A stretch of DNA of 63,951 nucleotides, filler included, from Pirum gemmata (taxonomy: Eukaryota), in assembly GCA_002812295.1 (NCBI GenBank). It is 20 parts of 20 records of this genome, joined end to end, with 100 filler letters (N's around TTAATTAATTAA, not from the genome) between each part and the next. Parts side by side here need not be neighbours in the genome. Positions count along the whole stretch, not along the records: positions 26,110 to 28,932 come from PDIN01004390.1; positions 29,033 to 33,347 come from PDIN01004391.1; positions 33,448 to 37,983 come from PDIN01004392.1; positions 38,084 to 40,908 come from PDIN01004393.1; 16 more parts are not named here. The stretch is one strand, 5' to 3'. How positions within the stretch are numbered: the stretch's first letter is position 1; each line of letters starts with the position of its first letter. The notes beneath the pieces were generated by a model. It was not told where the DNA came from, ran no database searches, and saw only the letters and a program-made list of their open reading frames with translations. Of the stretch, positions 26,010-38,483 are shown in pieces. The translations under genes and the position numbers were made by a program.

Positions 26010-26903
26010 NNNNNNNNNNNNNNNNNNNNNNNNNNNNNNNNNNNNNNNNNNNNTTAATTAATTAANNNNNNNNNNNNNNNNNNNNNNNNNNNNNNNNNNN
26101 NNNNNNNNNACCCTAACCCTAACCCTAACCCTAACCCTAACCCTGGTTCCGGTTATGTTTATCGTACATTACACAGTAGGTACAGGGCAATTTAACTTAT
26201 GATTTAACTTATGGAAGGGATAGATAAAATTACCCATCCTAATGCTAATACAAAAAAAGAAAAAAGAAAAGAAAAAAATAAAACTAAAAACAAGATCAAT
26301 GTCGATACTAACAAAAAAAATACAAGATAAAGACTTTATTAATTAAGAAACGAATTTTAAATAAATTAAAAAATGATGAAGAAAAAATAAAAGAGTGGCA
26401 AGAAGCATTTAAACAACGAAATGATATATATATATATATAGCAAAAAATCGGGGTATGTTTTGATAAAAGTTATTTACTGGGCCAATTAATGTGTCAATC
26501 AGCTGGATATCAAAACTGTCAAGGAAAGCGTTTTTCTGAAGTTCCACAAGCAACTGACAATACAACGTTTATTAAAATTATAACTTCTCCAGGTGGTGGA
26601 ACGGGATTGATATCTAAACTTCAAGGTTTAAAAATAATTACTATGGTATATGAATATAATAATAATAAAATGCTGGTATATATATTTATTTACTATTTAT
26701 TAATAATGATTAATATATAATAAGATTCTTAATTAACAATAAAATATTATAGTATTAATATCAATATTAATATTATATATATATAGTAAAAAAACACTCT
26801 TTTTCGCCATGCGCGAAAAAGAGTGATTCTTTACTATATATATAATAATATAGTCTAATATATAAATTATTTTTTTCGAAAAAAGAAAAAAAGTTCAAAT
26901 AAA

Positions 26904-28829
26904 TTATAAACGAACTGGATTTTCAATTCCTTCAAAAGTAAATTTACGGCAATAATGATAATACTGTGGTGGAATTGCTACTCCTCGTATAGGTGGTTGG
27001 GGTATTATTTTTTTTATATTATGACAAATAGAATCACATTCAGTCCATGTTATGGTTCCCTTGTCTTCCCACCCCACAGGCTCGCCGGGACATCTACGCA
27101 AAAACCAATCACCCCATGAACATGCTGGTGCTTCATACTTACGGTATATTTTACAATGCCCTTTAAACCCCACATCTTTAACTTTTTTTTCAACTCCTTC
27201 TGTTTGTAATCTAAATTTGAAATGACGAGTTGGTAAAAGGGTATTGGGAATGAACCCCAAAAAACTTTTGTATTTAGTTTTTTTGCCATTAATGTAAGGC
27301 TGCAAAGTTAAAACTGTTTCGTTATTGTTTCCAACTCTTACAGCATCATTATATTGAAAGCGTCTTTGGTATTTCTTAATTCTTTCCTCATACCCATCAG
27401 CTTTTTTAAAGTAAACATAATCGCGATCTTCTGCAATTATTTGCTCATTACGATTTCGCACGCAAATTAAATTAAAGGAACCGTCTTGGCGTGTTAACAC
27501 TTGTTGTAATTGTTTATGCGTAGATGGTAGCGCCAACGGTTTAATTTCCTTTTTATCGTTTTCCTCTAACCACGAATCCGGACGAAAATTATCATGGTTA
27601 TCACAAATTGAAAAACATATATCAGTTAACCTTTGATTGCTGTTGTTGTCTTCAAAAATTTGGTGGTACTTTTGACAGAGGGAAAGGTTATCTCGGAAAT
27701 CTTTAGAAGTATGTCGTAATCTATCGATTTTAATTTGACAAGCGTTACATTCAGTATTTCTAAACCATGAATACATACCATCACATTCGTCTTCCTGTTC
27801 ACTAGTCATATCATCAAAAAAGTAAAACTTATAATTCCAAGCATGTTCAATAGCATATTGCTTTCCACTTAAAGTCTCAGTATTGTTATATTTTACAGCA
27901 ATACCTACACTGCCTTGGTCATTCCAACAATCACCTTTGATTTCCTCAAATTTGTATGGGTTATTAGTGATTGGACCATGTAGTGAAAACGATGGTTGAG
28001 GGAGTAAATTCATAAAGATGGAAACAGCACCGAATGCCACAGCACAGCCTAAACCGAGTCCAATGTTTAAAGCACCAAATCCCAGGCAACCTGGGAAACC
28101 AGCTGTTATTGCCATATTTTCGGTTGCCCGATCACACCTAGCTTGTTCCACAGCTTGGATATTACCTTCCTCATCTTTTACTCCTTTGCAGATTGCAATT
28201 TGATCGCGTACAGTAAACACAAAGACGGCCATATCTATTATTACACCTGCTACGAATAAAGCAGCTCCTCCGTATGCCATCACCATCTCAATTGTACTTA
28301 TTAATCCAAGTTTTTGTAGGCTTCTCGCTTTTCTAATACTTTCTAACAGTTGATCAATTTCTTCTCCAAAGCTAAATTTTAATTTCGACGAAAACCTTAT
28401 GTCTTTATCCAAAGAAGAAGTCGGTAGATGAAGTGGTTTAGGTACAACGTGGGGTACCACTTCAGAGGAAGTAAATTTTTCACTGGTTTCCCACCAGTTA
28501 GATATGGTGGAAAAGTATTTCTCAGTATTAGCTTCAGTCAATTCCAAATTATTTCCAAGGTTCTTTATAAAACTTTCTTTTTGTTCATTAGAAACGAATT
28601 CTAAAGAAGGTCGACCGTTATAAGAGTTAAGTTCACCAGTGTTTTTTAGTTCTGGGTCAATATTTGAATATTTTGCACCATTACACATATTTTGAAATTG
28701 AAAAGGTATCCCAGCTGATGCTGCTCGGCGCCGGCGTTCCGAACAACTATTGGGGGTTAAGTATCCCTTCAATGCCTCATTGAAGGAGTTACTAATTGTA
28801 TTATGTTCATTTTTTATATATGAAAACAA
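26904..28829 (-). CDS. Large terminal exon of an orphan Cys-rich protein with an RRRR site and Gly-rich hydrophobic segments
   Basis: 641-codon complex ORF; CSERRRRAASAG; MVMAYGGAALFVAGVIIDMAVFVF; AGFPGCLGFGALNIGLGLGCAVAFGAVSIFMNLLP. Confidence 0.8.
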   Translation of the reverse strand: MFSYIKNEHNTISNSFNEALKGYLTPNSCSERRRRAASAGIPFQFQNMCNGAKYSNIDPELKNTGELNSYNGRPSLEFVSNEQKESFIKNLGNNLELTEANTEKYFSTISNWWETSEKFTSSEVVPHVVPKPLHLPTSSLDKDIRFSSKLKFSFGEEIDQLLESIRKARSLQKLGLISTIEMVMAYGGAALFVAGVIIDMAVFVFTVRDQIAICKGVKDEEGNIQAVEQARCDRATENMAITAGFPGCLGFGALNIGLGLGCAVAFGAVSIFMNLLPQPSFSLHGPITNNPYKFEEIKGDCWNDQGSVGIAVKYNNTETLSGKQYAIEHAWNYKFYFFDDMTSEQEDECDGMYSWFRNTECNACQIKIDRLRHTSKDFRDNLSLCQKYHQIFEDNNSNQRLTDICFSICDNHDNFRPDSWLEENDKKEIKPLALPSTHKQLQQVLTRQDGSFNLICVRNRNEQIIAEDRDYVYFKKADGYEERIKKYQRRFQYNDAVRVGNNNETVLTLQPYINGKKTKYKSFLGFIPNTLLPTRHFKFRLQTEGVEKKVKDVGFKGHCKIYRKYEAPACSWGDWFLRRCPGEPVGWEDKGTITWTECDSICHNIKKIIPQPPIRGVAIPPQYYHYCRKFTFEGIENPVRL

Positions 28830-31800
28830 AAGTAATATTTATCATGGTTAGTAATAAGTATGGTATAACTAATAATATATTTATACATATATATATAAAT
28901 ACATATATATATATAAATACATATATATATATNNNNNNNNNNNNNNNNNNNNNNNNNNNNNNNNNNNNNNNNNNNNTTAATTAATTAANNNNNNNNNNNN
29001 NNNNNNNNNNNNNNNNNNNNNNNNNNNNNNNNTTATGAAAACTTGTTGAAAATACAACTTTTGATAAGAAATGCAAGTTTTAATCCAAGCGCTGTGGTAA
29101 ACCGTATAATAGTCTATAGTCTATATATTTCATTACAGTTGTCCTCTCAAATCTTAATTTGGTACTATTTAAATGTATAATTGAACTTGTTTATAAAATA
29201 AAATATTATGTATAAAATACCAAATTAATTAAAACATGTCTAATAAATAATAATTTGGTACGTTTATTTCAGTTTTTGAACTGGGCAAAAACATGATAAT
29301 ATCATAGTACTACCACGAGACCTACCAGACTAGCTAGTAGTAGGGGTCTAACCCTAACCCTAACCCTAACCCTAACCCTAACCCTATCGATAGACTAGTG
29401 GAGTAGCCTCTGCGAGGAGTAGTCTAGACTTCAAAAACTAAAATAAACGTATAAAATTGTTATTATGGTTAAACTATCAGACATGTTTTAATTGATTTGG
29501 TATTTTATATCTAATGTTGTGTTTTATAAACAAGTTCAATTATACACTTAAACAGTACCAAATTAAAAATAGAAAGGACGAGTATATTGAAATAAACTAT
29601 TACTAGTAGTCTATAGACGAATCTTTACTGCAGCTAGCTACTTTAGAAGTTAGGGTTAGGGTTAGGGTTAGGGTTAGGGTTAGGGTTAGGGTTAGGGTTA
29701 GGGTTAGAGTTAGAGTTAGGGTTAAGGTAATGTAGTGCTTTTCAGTTGTTTTGCCTTCATAAAATACACAATAAATAGTACCAAATTAATATAATATAAA
29801 TCCATTTGATTTAATTTGGTATATTTTATCATCTATATATTGATTTTAAAAATGGCAATTTAAATATTATAACCCTCCAAATAAATATTCAGGGTGACAA
29901 AATAAATGAAAAGCACAATATTATATCTAGGATAAAAGTCGGTAGATATACCCTTGGTGACTTGTTCTTGCGATTAGTTTTAAAAGTTTTTAACGATAAC
30001 GACAAGGAAAACTAAAAATAATAATAATAATGCTAAATTTACGTCATATAATATTTCAACTTTAAGATGCCTGTTAAAATTTGCTAGTTAAAATTGGGTG
30101 TAATGTATGCAGGTTTTCGAAAAGTATGTGGGTTGTTATTACTTTTTTTAAACGTCATCCAAGCGCCATCATTTACCCTTTTTAAGCTTTTCAATCGTTA
30201 CGGCATATCAAATGCATTTATTATAGATTATTTTAGTCTTCCTTGGGGAACATTCATAAAGGATGTCACTTATTCTTTGATAGAAGTCATTGCTCGAAGG
30301 TGCGACTTAAACTGTTTTAGGCAGTAATTAATTAGTAAAATGAACTTTAAAATTATGACCAAAAGTGTTTTGGATAAAGAGGCATAGGTAAGATTAGGTG
30401 ACGTCCTTTATGGATGATTCCTTGGTAACGAAAGACAAAAAGCGAAAAAAAAAGGTTTATTTTTTTAAAAAAGATGACGTCCAATATTTTTGGTTTAGTT
30501 CCGGCTCAATTACGGCCATCAAACTTTTTTTTTTTTGACGTTTAACAAAGGCCCCAGGAAAAAGTTTTTTCATGGAGTCTTTGCGTTTACCCACCAGGAG
30601 GTTCACATTATCCGACCTCCTCCCTAGCTAGACTAATATCGATATCGTGGTTTTCAATAGTGTTGTCCAGTTCAAAAACTGAAATAAACGTACCGAATTA
30701 TCATTGTGGTTAAACTATCAGACAATTTTTAATTAATTTGGTATTTTATAATTAATGTTGTATTCTATAAACAAGTTCAAATTATACACTTAAACAGTAC
30801 CAAATTAAAGATTGAGAGGACAACTGTAATGAAATAGACGATGCCAATTCTTTAGTTGAATGGGACTTCACTTTCCCTTTTAGATTCTATGATTAATGAG
30901 ATCAGAGTTAGTGCATTTTTACTTTTTTTTTCACTGACCCAGTTTTTTTTTAATCGATTTTTTTTCAGTTTCGAACATCCTACTTTTTTATATAAGAACT
31001 GAGAGGGCATTGCGATAAAAGGTGTGTTTTTTCGCAAAAGAGACTCTTTTTAATTGATAAAATTACCTTATTTGGAAAGAGTGTCACAAACCAATGCCAG
31101 TAAATTTGCGATTTTTTTCGAGACTTTCATTAACTATTTAATGACGTCATACGTCACTCTAACACGTAAAAATGCACTAACTAACGCGTTAGCAAACTCT
31201 TTTTTTTACTACCTGAGGTCAGTGCATTGTAAAAAAAACTCCCTCACTTTTTTTTTGTTCACTCGTTCATTTATTTGTTTGGTAACCAAAAAAAACATTC
31301 ACTCGTTCATTTATTTGTTTGGTAACCAAAAAAAACATTCACTCGTTCCAAAAAAAAAAAGCTCGTTCGAGTTTTTTTTTACGATGCACTAACCACAGTT
31401 AGTGAAAAAAAACGTTAACTAACGTTAAATTATTATATTTTTTATAATTAACTTTCTATTAAATAACCGTGGTCCCGACTAGAATTTAATTTTTTTCGAA
31501 CTTTTATTGAAAAGTGTGGAAAAAGTGATTTTGGCGACAGTGAAAATAGTGGTTCCGACAGTGAAAACCTTCATTAAACAAATGGATTAAAACCTTTATT
31601 GAAAAAATGGGTTAAGCAGGTGTGGTTAAATACTTAACTATATATATATGTATGTTCAAACAACAACAACATCAACAACAAGCAAAAAAACAATATAATT
31701 ACATTTCATATATATAATCTTGTATAATAATAATCATTTTGTTAATAAACAATGGATATTTTCCCACTCAGTTTTATACACTAAAAAAAGAAAAAAGAAA

Positions 31801-31971
31801 ATGAGTGAATAAGAAGAAGAAGAATAAGAANNNNNNNNNNNNNNNNNNNNNNNNNNNNNNNNNNNNNNNNNNNNNNNNNNNNNTTTTTTATTTTTTCTAT
31901 ATTTCGAAAAAAAGGTATAAATAAGAGGTGTTTTTTTTTTAGTCTCGAAAAAAAAATAATAATAAAAAAAA

Positions 31972-32529
31972 ATGTTAAAAAAAATAGTAAGTAACAAATA
32001 TAAGACAGCCAAATATTTTCAAATTCATTACGGAGTATCTAATCAACATAGCCATGGTATTCAACCAAAATCAATAAAACTACCCAACAAAATCAATATT
32101 TTGTATTGTCGGGTCAGTAGTGCTAAACAGAAGCATGACCTCGAACGACAAATCCAAGAACTCCAGGAAGCGTACCCGGACCACCAAGTCATCTCCGACA
32201 TCAACTTCAAGAGGCCCGGATTGCGTTCCTTACTGGAATAATGTTACGAAGGACTGGTCAACGAAATTGTTATCATGCACAAAGATAGACTTGCAAGATT
32301 TGGATTCGACTTGTTGGAATTCTTGTTTCAAAAATTTGGCGTCAAACTCGTGGTTCACAGTACGAGCTCACAAGCACTTCAAAGAACCAGAGAACAAGAA
32401 TTGTCAGAAGACTTGTTGGCCATCATCAACGTCTTTGTCGTCAGCAATAATGGCCGACGTGCAGCGGAAAATCGAAAAAGAAGAAGAGAAGAAGAAAAAA
32501 AGAAAAATAAAACGTCAGAAGAAAGATGA
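31972..32529 (+). pseudogene. tnpA: IS607-family serine recombinase TnpA, disrupted
   Basis: One frame 31972-32529 broken by TAA at 32239-32241; N-terminal HTH shortened after YGVSN; expected DIGSG(I/L)N reduced to DIN; catalytic RVSS retained. Confidence 0.88.
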
Positions 32530-32533
32530 AAAA

Positions 32534-32574
<41 letters not shown>

Positions 32575-33347
32575 AAATCAAAATGAAAATTATAATAAGA
32601 AAAGCGGGCGAGCTAAAAAAACATACAACCATCCAATTCGTAGCGTAAAATTAAAAATCGATTTTCAAACTCAATATCCACAAAAAGAAAAATTAAATCA
32701 TTGGTTTGGAACTTGTCGTTTTGTTTATAACAAATGTGTTAGTTGGTGCCAAGAAGCCGGAATACAATTAAGCAAGAACGCATTACGACAAAAGTTTTAC
32801 GATCATGATTTTGCGTGTATTTATCCTTGGTTTTATTCTAGTAATTTTTGGTTGAAGTGGTATGAAGATGGTGAAGAAGCGGCCTTTAGTATGCAAGGGA
32901 AATATTCAGTTCCTTTCGATGTTTGGGATTCGGCAATATGTGACTTTGATAAAGCATATCGTGCCCATTTAGCTAAAGTGGCGAAAAATATTGAAGAAGG
33001 CAAACACGACGATCCTAATAATAAATGTAAGTTTAAATTTCGTAGTAAAAAAGACTTACAACAATCATTTGAAGTTCGGCATCGTGATTATAATGCCAAC
33101 AATAGTGAGTATAGTTTTTTATTTAAGGATGGCAAATTTGAGTCTAACAGTAAACATAAAGTATTTAATGAGGATGGTACTGAAGATAAAGAACGAAGAG
33201 GAGAATTTCCATTAGTTTATAATGAAACAAAGAAAAGAATGACACCTATTGGAACAATACGGGTAATCAAGGAAAGACGTAGTGATAAAGTTATTTTTAG
33301 TGTTCCACGAATGATTCCAATTAATCATGCTTTACGACCTGAAGATG
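32135..33347 (+). CDS. Fanzor2 / IS607-TnpB RNA-guided endonuclease, N-terminal ~400 aa (RuvC lost at scaffold end)
   Basis: Uninterrupted ORF from ATG 32135: VPYWN, LASNSWF, RSVKLKI..QKEKLNHWFGTCRFVYNKCV (OrfB HTH), VPFDVWDSAICDFDKAY, FKFRSKK; ends at RPED, which in copy 2 directly precedes RuvC-I. Confidence 0.9.
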
Positions 33348-36300
33348 NNNNNNNNNNNNNNNNNNNNNNNNNNNNNNNNNNNNNNNNNNNNTTAATTAAT
33401 TAANNNNNNNNNNNNNNNNNNNNNNNNNNNNNNNNNNNNNNNNNNNNGTATTGTGCTTTTCATTTATTTTATCACTCCGAATATTTATTTGGTTGTTTAT
33501 AATATTTAAATTAATAATTTTTAAAAAAATAAATATATAATAAAGTATACCAAATTAAATGAAATGGATTTATATTGTATTAATTTCGTACTATTTACTG
33601 TATGTTTTATGACGAGAAATTATAATAACTGAAAGGCACGATAACATTATATTGATCATGATATTATGATACTATATAAATTTAATATCTACTTAGATAT
33701 CATAGCTAGGTTATTATTATATAAATATAATACATCATTACGATGATGTATTATTGACTAATTATAATATATATTATTACAATTATTATTATTATTGTTG
33801 TTGTTGTTGTTGTTGTTAACGCGTTGTTTGTTGTTGTTGTTTGTTGTTGTTTGTTGTTGTTTGTTGTTGTTTGTTGTTGTTTTGTTGTTGTTTTGTTGTT
33901 GTTTTGTTGTTGTTTTGTTGTTGTTTGTTGTTGTTTGTTGTTATACAGTTTAGTGACTCTATATATAGCTGACATATTTTAACGTTTTTGTGACCAAGTC
34001 TTACTAAATGCTGTTTACAAATAATATCAAAAAATATTACAGTTTTTTATGTACAGTATTGATATTGAACGAGTGCAAATCTATTAGCTTTCTTTTGAGC
34101 GCTACTAAGTATTTTAATACTTTTATTTTAAAACCATACTACAAAAATGCACTCAAAATGCCTTGCCAAAATGAAGTACCTACTTTTAACTAAATCCATT
34201 CACATCAATCATAAACGATGAAAAACAGTCATAACCACAAAAGAAACCAACAAAAAAAAAACTGAAAATCAAAAGAGTAGATCTATAACACTCTGGTAGG
34301 ANNNNNNNNNNNNNNNNNNNNNNNNNNNNNNNNATTTAATTTGGTATATTTTATTATATATATATATATATTTAAAAGTATCAATTTATATATTATAAAC
34401 AACCAAATAAATATTCGGAGTGAAAAAATAAAATTTAATGAAAAGCACAGCATTATATAGAATACATACCTGATATATCAATATTATAGTAATTATCTGA
34501 TATATTATTATCGATATTGATATTATAATCAAGATATTATCTTGATTATAATATCAATATCGATAATAATATTAATATATCAGATAATTATCGACATTAT
34601 AAAAGATTGTTGGAGAGGGACTTCAAAAACAGGAAGGAGTCCTAGCTAGCTTGCTTTAGTTGCCAAGCCTACGATTGGGGAACGTTCATAAAGGACGTCA
34701 CTTATTCTTTGATAAAAGTCATTACTCGAAAGTTTGACTTAAACTGTTTTAGGCAGTAATTAATTATTAAAATGAACTTTAAAATTATGACCAAAAGTGT
34801 TTTGGACAAAGAGGCATAAGTAAGATTAGGTAACGTTCTTTTTATGGATAATTCCTTAGCGATGATAGATAGATTCTATATGATAATATTATTATCATAG
34901 AAGAGTATAGAAGACTACCATGGTATATCAGATAGAAGTATCATTATATATCATAGTACCACTTCTAAATCTAAACCTAAACCTAACTTTAAACCTCTAA
35001 CCCTAACCCCAACCCTAACTAACCCTAACCCTAAAATTAACACTAACCCTGACCCTAACCCTAACCCTAACCCTAACCTTAACCCTAACCCTAACTAACC
35101 CTAACCCTAACCCTAACCTTAACCCTAACCCTAACCCTAACCCTANATTATTAATTAATTATTAATTAAATTAAGTTATATATATAAATAATATCGTTTA
35201 TTATTGATATATATAATAACCACTACTACCACTACTACCACTACTACCACTACTACCACTACTACCACTACTACTACTGCTACCACTGCTACCACCACTA
35301 CTACCACCACCACTAGTACTACCACCACTAGTACTACCACCACTAGTACTACCACCACTAGTTCTACCACCACTAGTACTACCACCACTACCACTATCAT
35401 CACTACCACCACTACCATCACTTCCACCACTACCACCACTAGTACTACCACCACCACCACTACCACCACTACCACCACTACCATCACTACCACTACCATC
35501 ACTCCCATTACCATCACTTACTACCACCACTGCCACCACTACCATCACTACCACTACCACCACCACCACCACCACCACCACTACCACGACTACCACCACT
35601 ACTACCACTACTATTAATATTATAATTTTATATTTATATATATATAATTGTAATACACCATAATAATTATACAATATTAATATAATATATATATAAGAGA
35701 GATGTGGGAAAAACCATCGAATCGAGAGTAGCTCGAAATTTTCGAAATTTTTCAATCTTAATTTAAGTATGGACTCACTTTTGATTTCATTAGAAAATTC
35801 TCAAAGAAAAAACTTGAAACTCGAAAAAACTTGAAACTCGAAAAAAACGAATAACATTTCAAAATTGTCACTATTAAAATGATTGGGATCGAGCTGTTTG
35901 ATTCAATTATGTTTTCCCGCATCTCCTAGATACAACATTATTCTTGATATCGCGTGTCTATTTCATTGCAGTTGACCGCTCAATCTTTAATTTGGTACTG
36001 TTTAAGTGTATAATTGAACTTTTTTATAAAATACAACATTAAGTATAAAATACCAAATTAATTAAAACATGTCTGAAAGTTTAATCATAATTATAATTTG
36101 GTATGTTTATTTCAGTTTTTGAACTTGGACAACACTATTGAAAAACACAATATATCATATATTTAATCATATAATGAAAGATAGAAAAGGTTTTTTTTAA
36201 AAAAAAATTAATACAATTTATGATGGCTGATGCTAATATATAATAATATAATAATATTTTTAATTAATATATAATTATATTATTTAATGATAAATTAAAA

Positions 36301-38483
36301 TAACATCAATAATTAATATTAATATTATAAGTAATGAATAATATTTAATGTTATGATGGAGTAGTGGTATGTAGAAGTAGTGGAAGTGGTGTTAGTGGTA
36401 GCAATAATGACATAATGATATTATATAGTATATATCGATATCGTGCAAAGAGGTTAACGTTGTATATGTATAGCAAGCAATCACTATTATATAATATTAC
36501 TATATATAATAATTGTTAAATTAATAATGAATAGTGGTGGTAGTGTAGGGTGGTAAGGGTAGTAGGAGTGGTAGTGGTGGTGGTGGTGGTAGTGATGTTA
36601 GTGATGGCAGTGGTGGTAGTGATGTTAGTGGTAGTAGTGATGTTAGTAGTGGTAGTGGTGGTAGTGGTGGTAGTGGTGGTAGTGGTGGCGGTGGTGGTGG
36701 TGGTGGTATTGGTGGCAGTGGTGGTGGTATTGGTGGCAGTGGTGGTAGTGGTACCGGTGGTAGTGATGGTAGTGGTTGTAATGGTAGTGGTGGTGGTAGT
36801 GGTAGTGGTAGTGGTGATGGCAGTGGTGGTAGTGGTGGTAGTGGTGGTAGTGGAAGCAGAGGGGGGGGGTTACTATATTATATTTTATTTATATATAATG
36901 CCAATATAATATTATATTATGCTAGAAATATCATGATAATATTATCATTATTATGATACTATAGTGTTTTTCAATAGTGTTGTTCAGTGCAAAAACTGAA
37001 ATAAACGTACCAAATTATTATTATGGTTAATTTTAACTATTAATTTGGTATTTTATACTTTTGATGTATTTTATAAAAAAGTTCAATTATACACTTAAAC
37101 AGTACCAATTAAAGATTGAGAGGACAACTGTAATGAAATAGACGATATATGAGTGATATATGATAGTATAATATGATAGCAAGAGTTATTTATATAACTA
37201 TATAGATAATTACTAGGAAAATTGAGGATTTATATGATGAAAAAACCATATTATATATATATAATTAATTAAAAAAAAAAAAAAAAAAAATATTTTTTTT
37301 TCCTAAATTAAATAAATGATTTTTTTTTTAAATTTTTTAAAATTTTCAGTATTCACAAGTATATATAAGGGTTAGGGTTAGGGTTAGGGTTAGGGTTTAG
37401 GGTTTAGGGTTAGGGTTAGGGTTTAGAGTTAGGGTTAGGGCTAGGGTTAGGGTTAGGGTATGTTTGTATGTATACGTATATATATAATTAATATATATGT
37501 ATATACCAACTCAAGTTTGTAATAAAGTGAATTAAAATTTATTTATTCATTTTGGATTTAATCAATAGTAATCATGCCACTTACAGCACGCACAAATTGG
37601 CATATTAAACATACGTTTATCAAGAGTCTTAAAATATTAAAGCATCTTTAATAATGACAATCAATTCATAATTATTAATTATCATAGAAAATAAATTTTA
37701 CCTACCTCAAAATCATCTTAAATCATTATTTTAACAAAAAAAAGAAAAGGAGAGGTGTACATACGAAAATTGAAGCCTTAAGACCAATAATTGACATGGC
37801 AATCACAACGGTAAATAACGTAGGTAACAAGTATAAGTAATAAATTTCCAAGTTTATTTTTTGATTTGGTTTTGGTTTTGGTTTTGGTTTTGGTTTTGGT
37901 TTTGGTTTTGGTTTTGGTTTTGGTTTTGGTTCTTGTTCTTGTTTTACTTTTTATCCTTGTTCTTGTTCTTGTTCTTGTTCTTGNNNNNNNNNNNNNNNNN
38001 NNNNNNNNNNNNNNNNNNNNNNNNNNNTTAATTAATTAANNNNNNNNNNNNNNNNNNNNNNNNNNNNNNNNNNNNNNNNNNNNTCAATAAGATTTTTTTT
38101 AGTCTAATTTTTTTTTTTTTTTCTAAAAACCTTTCATGCTATTATTTTTAAACTAACCAAATTATTTTTTTAAAAACTCGCTATAGGGCTCATAATAGTT
38201 TTCTTAGTTAGACGATTTCTCAACATTTGGTAGTACTTTCATTAAAATTGGGTCATTTTGAGATTTTTGGATTTTTGAGCTCATCTGGCGGATGTCGCCT
38301 TTTTCATCCGTTTTGAAAAAAAAAAAAAACTTTTTTCGTATTATTATAGAGTATATAAGAGACAGTAAAATCTCAAAAATAAATAAAAAATAAAAAAATA
38401 AACAAATAAACAAATAATAATAATAATAATAACCACCTCAACAACCACCTCAACAACCACCAACAACAAAAAAAATTGCAAAC

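Larger units (their letters stand above)
31972..33347 (+). mobile_element. IS607-like eukaryotic element (serine recombinase TnpA plus Fanzor2/TnpB), copy 1, truncated by scaffold end
   Basis: TnpA motifs YCRVSS, DLERQ, HKDRLARFGFDL, QELSEDLLAII overlapping a TnpB-like ORF. Confidence 0.92.

Noticed and set aside
17435..33347. Functional clustering of the peptide precursor, receptor, orphan and Fanzor genes
   Set aside because: They are on different scaffolds joined by artificial linkers, so no linkage can be inferred.
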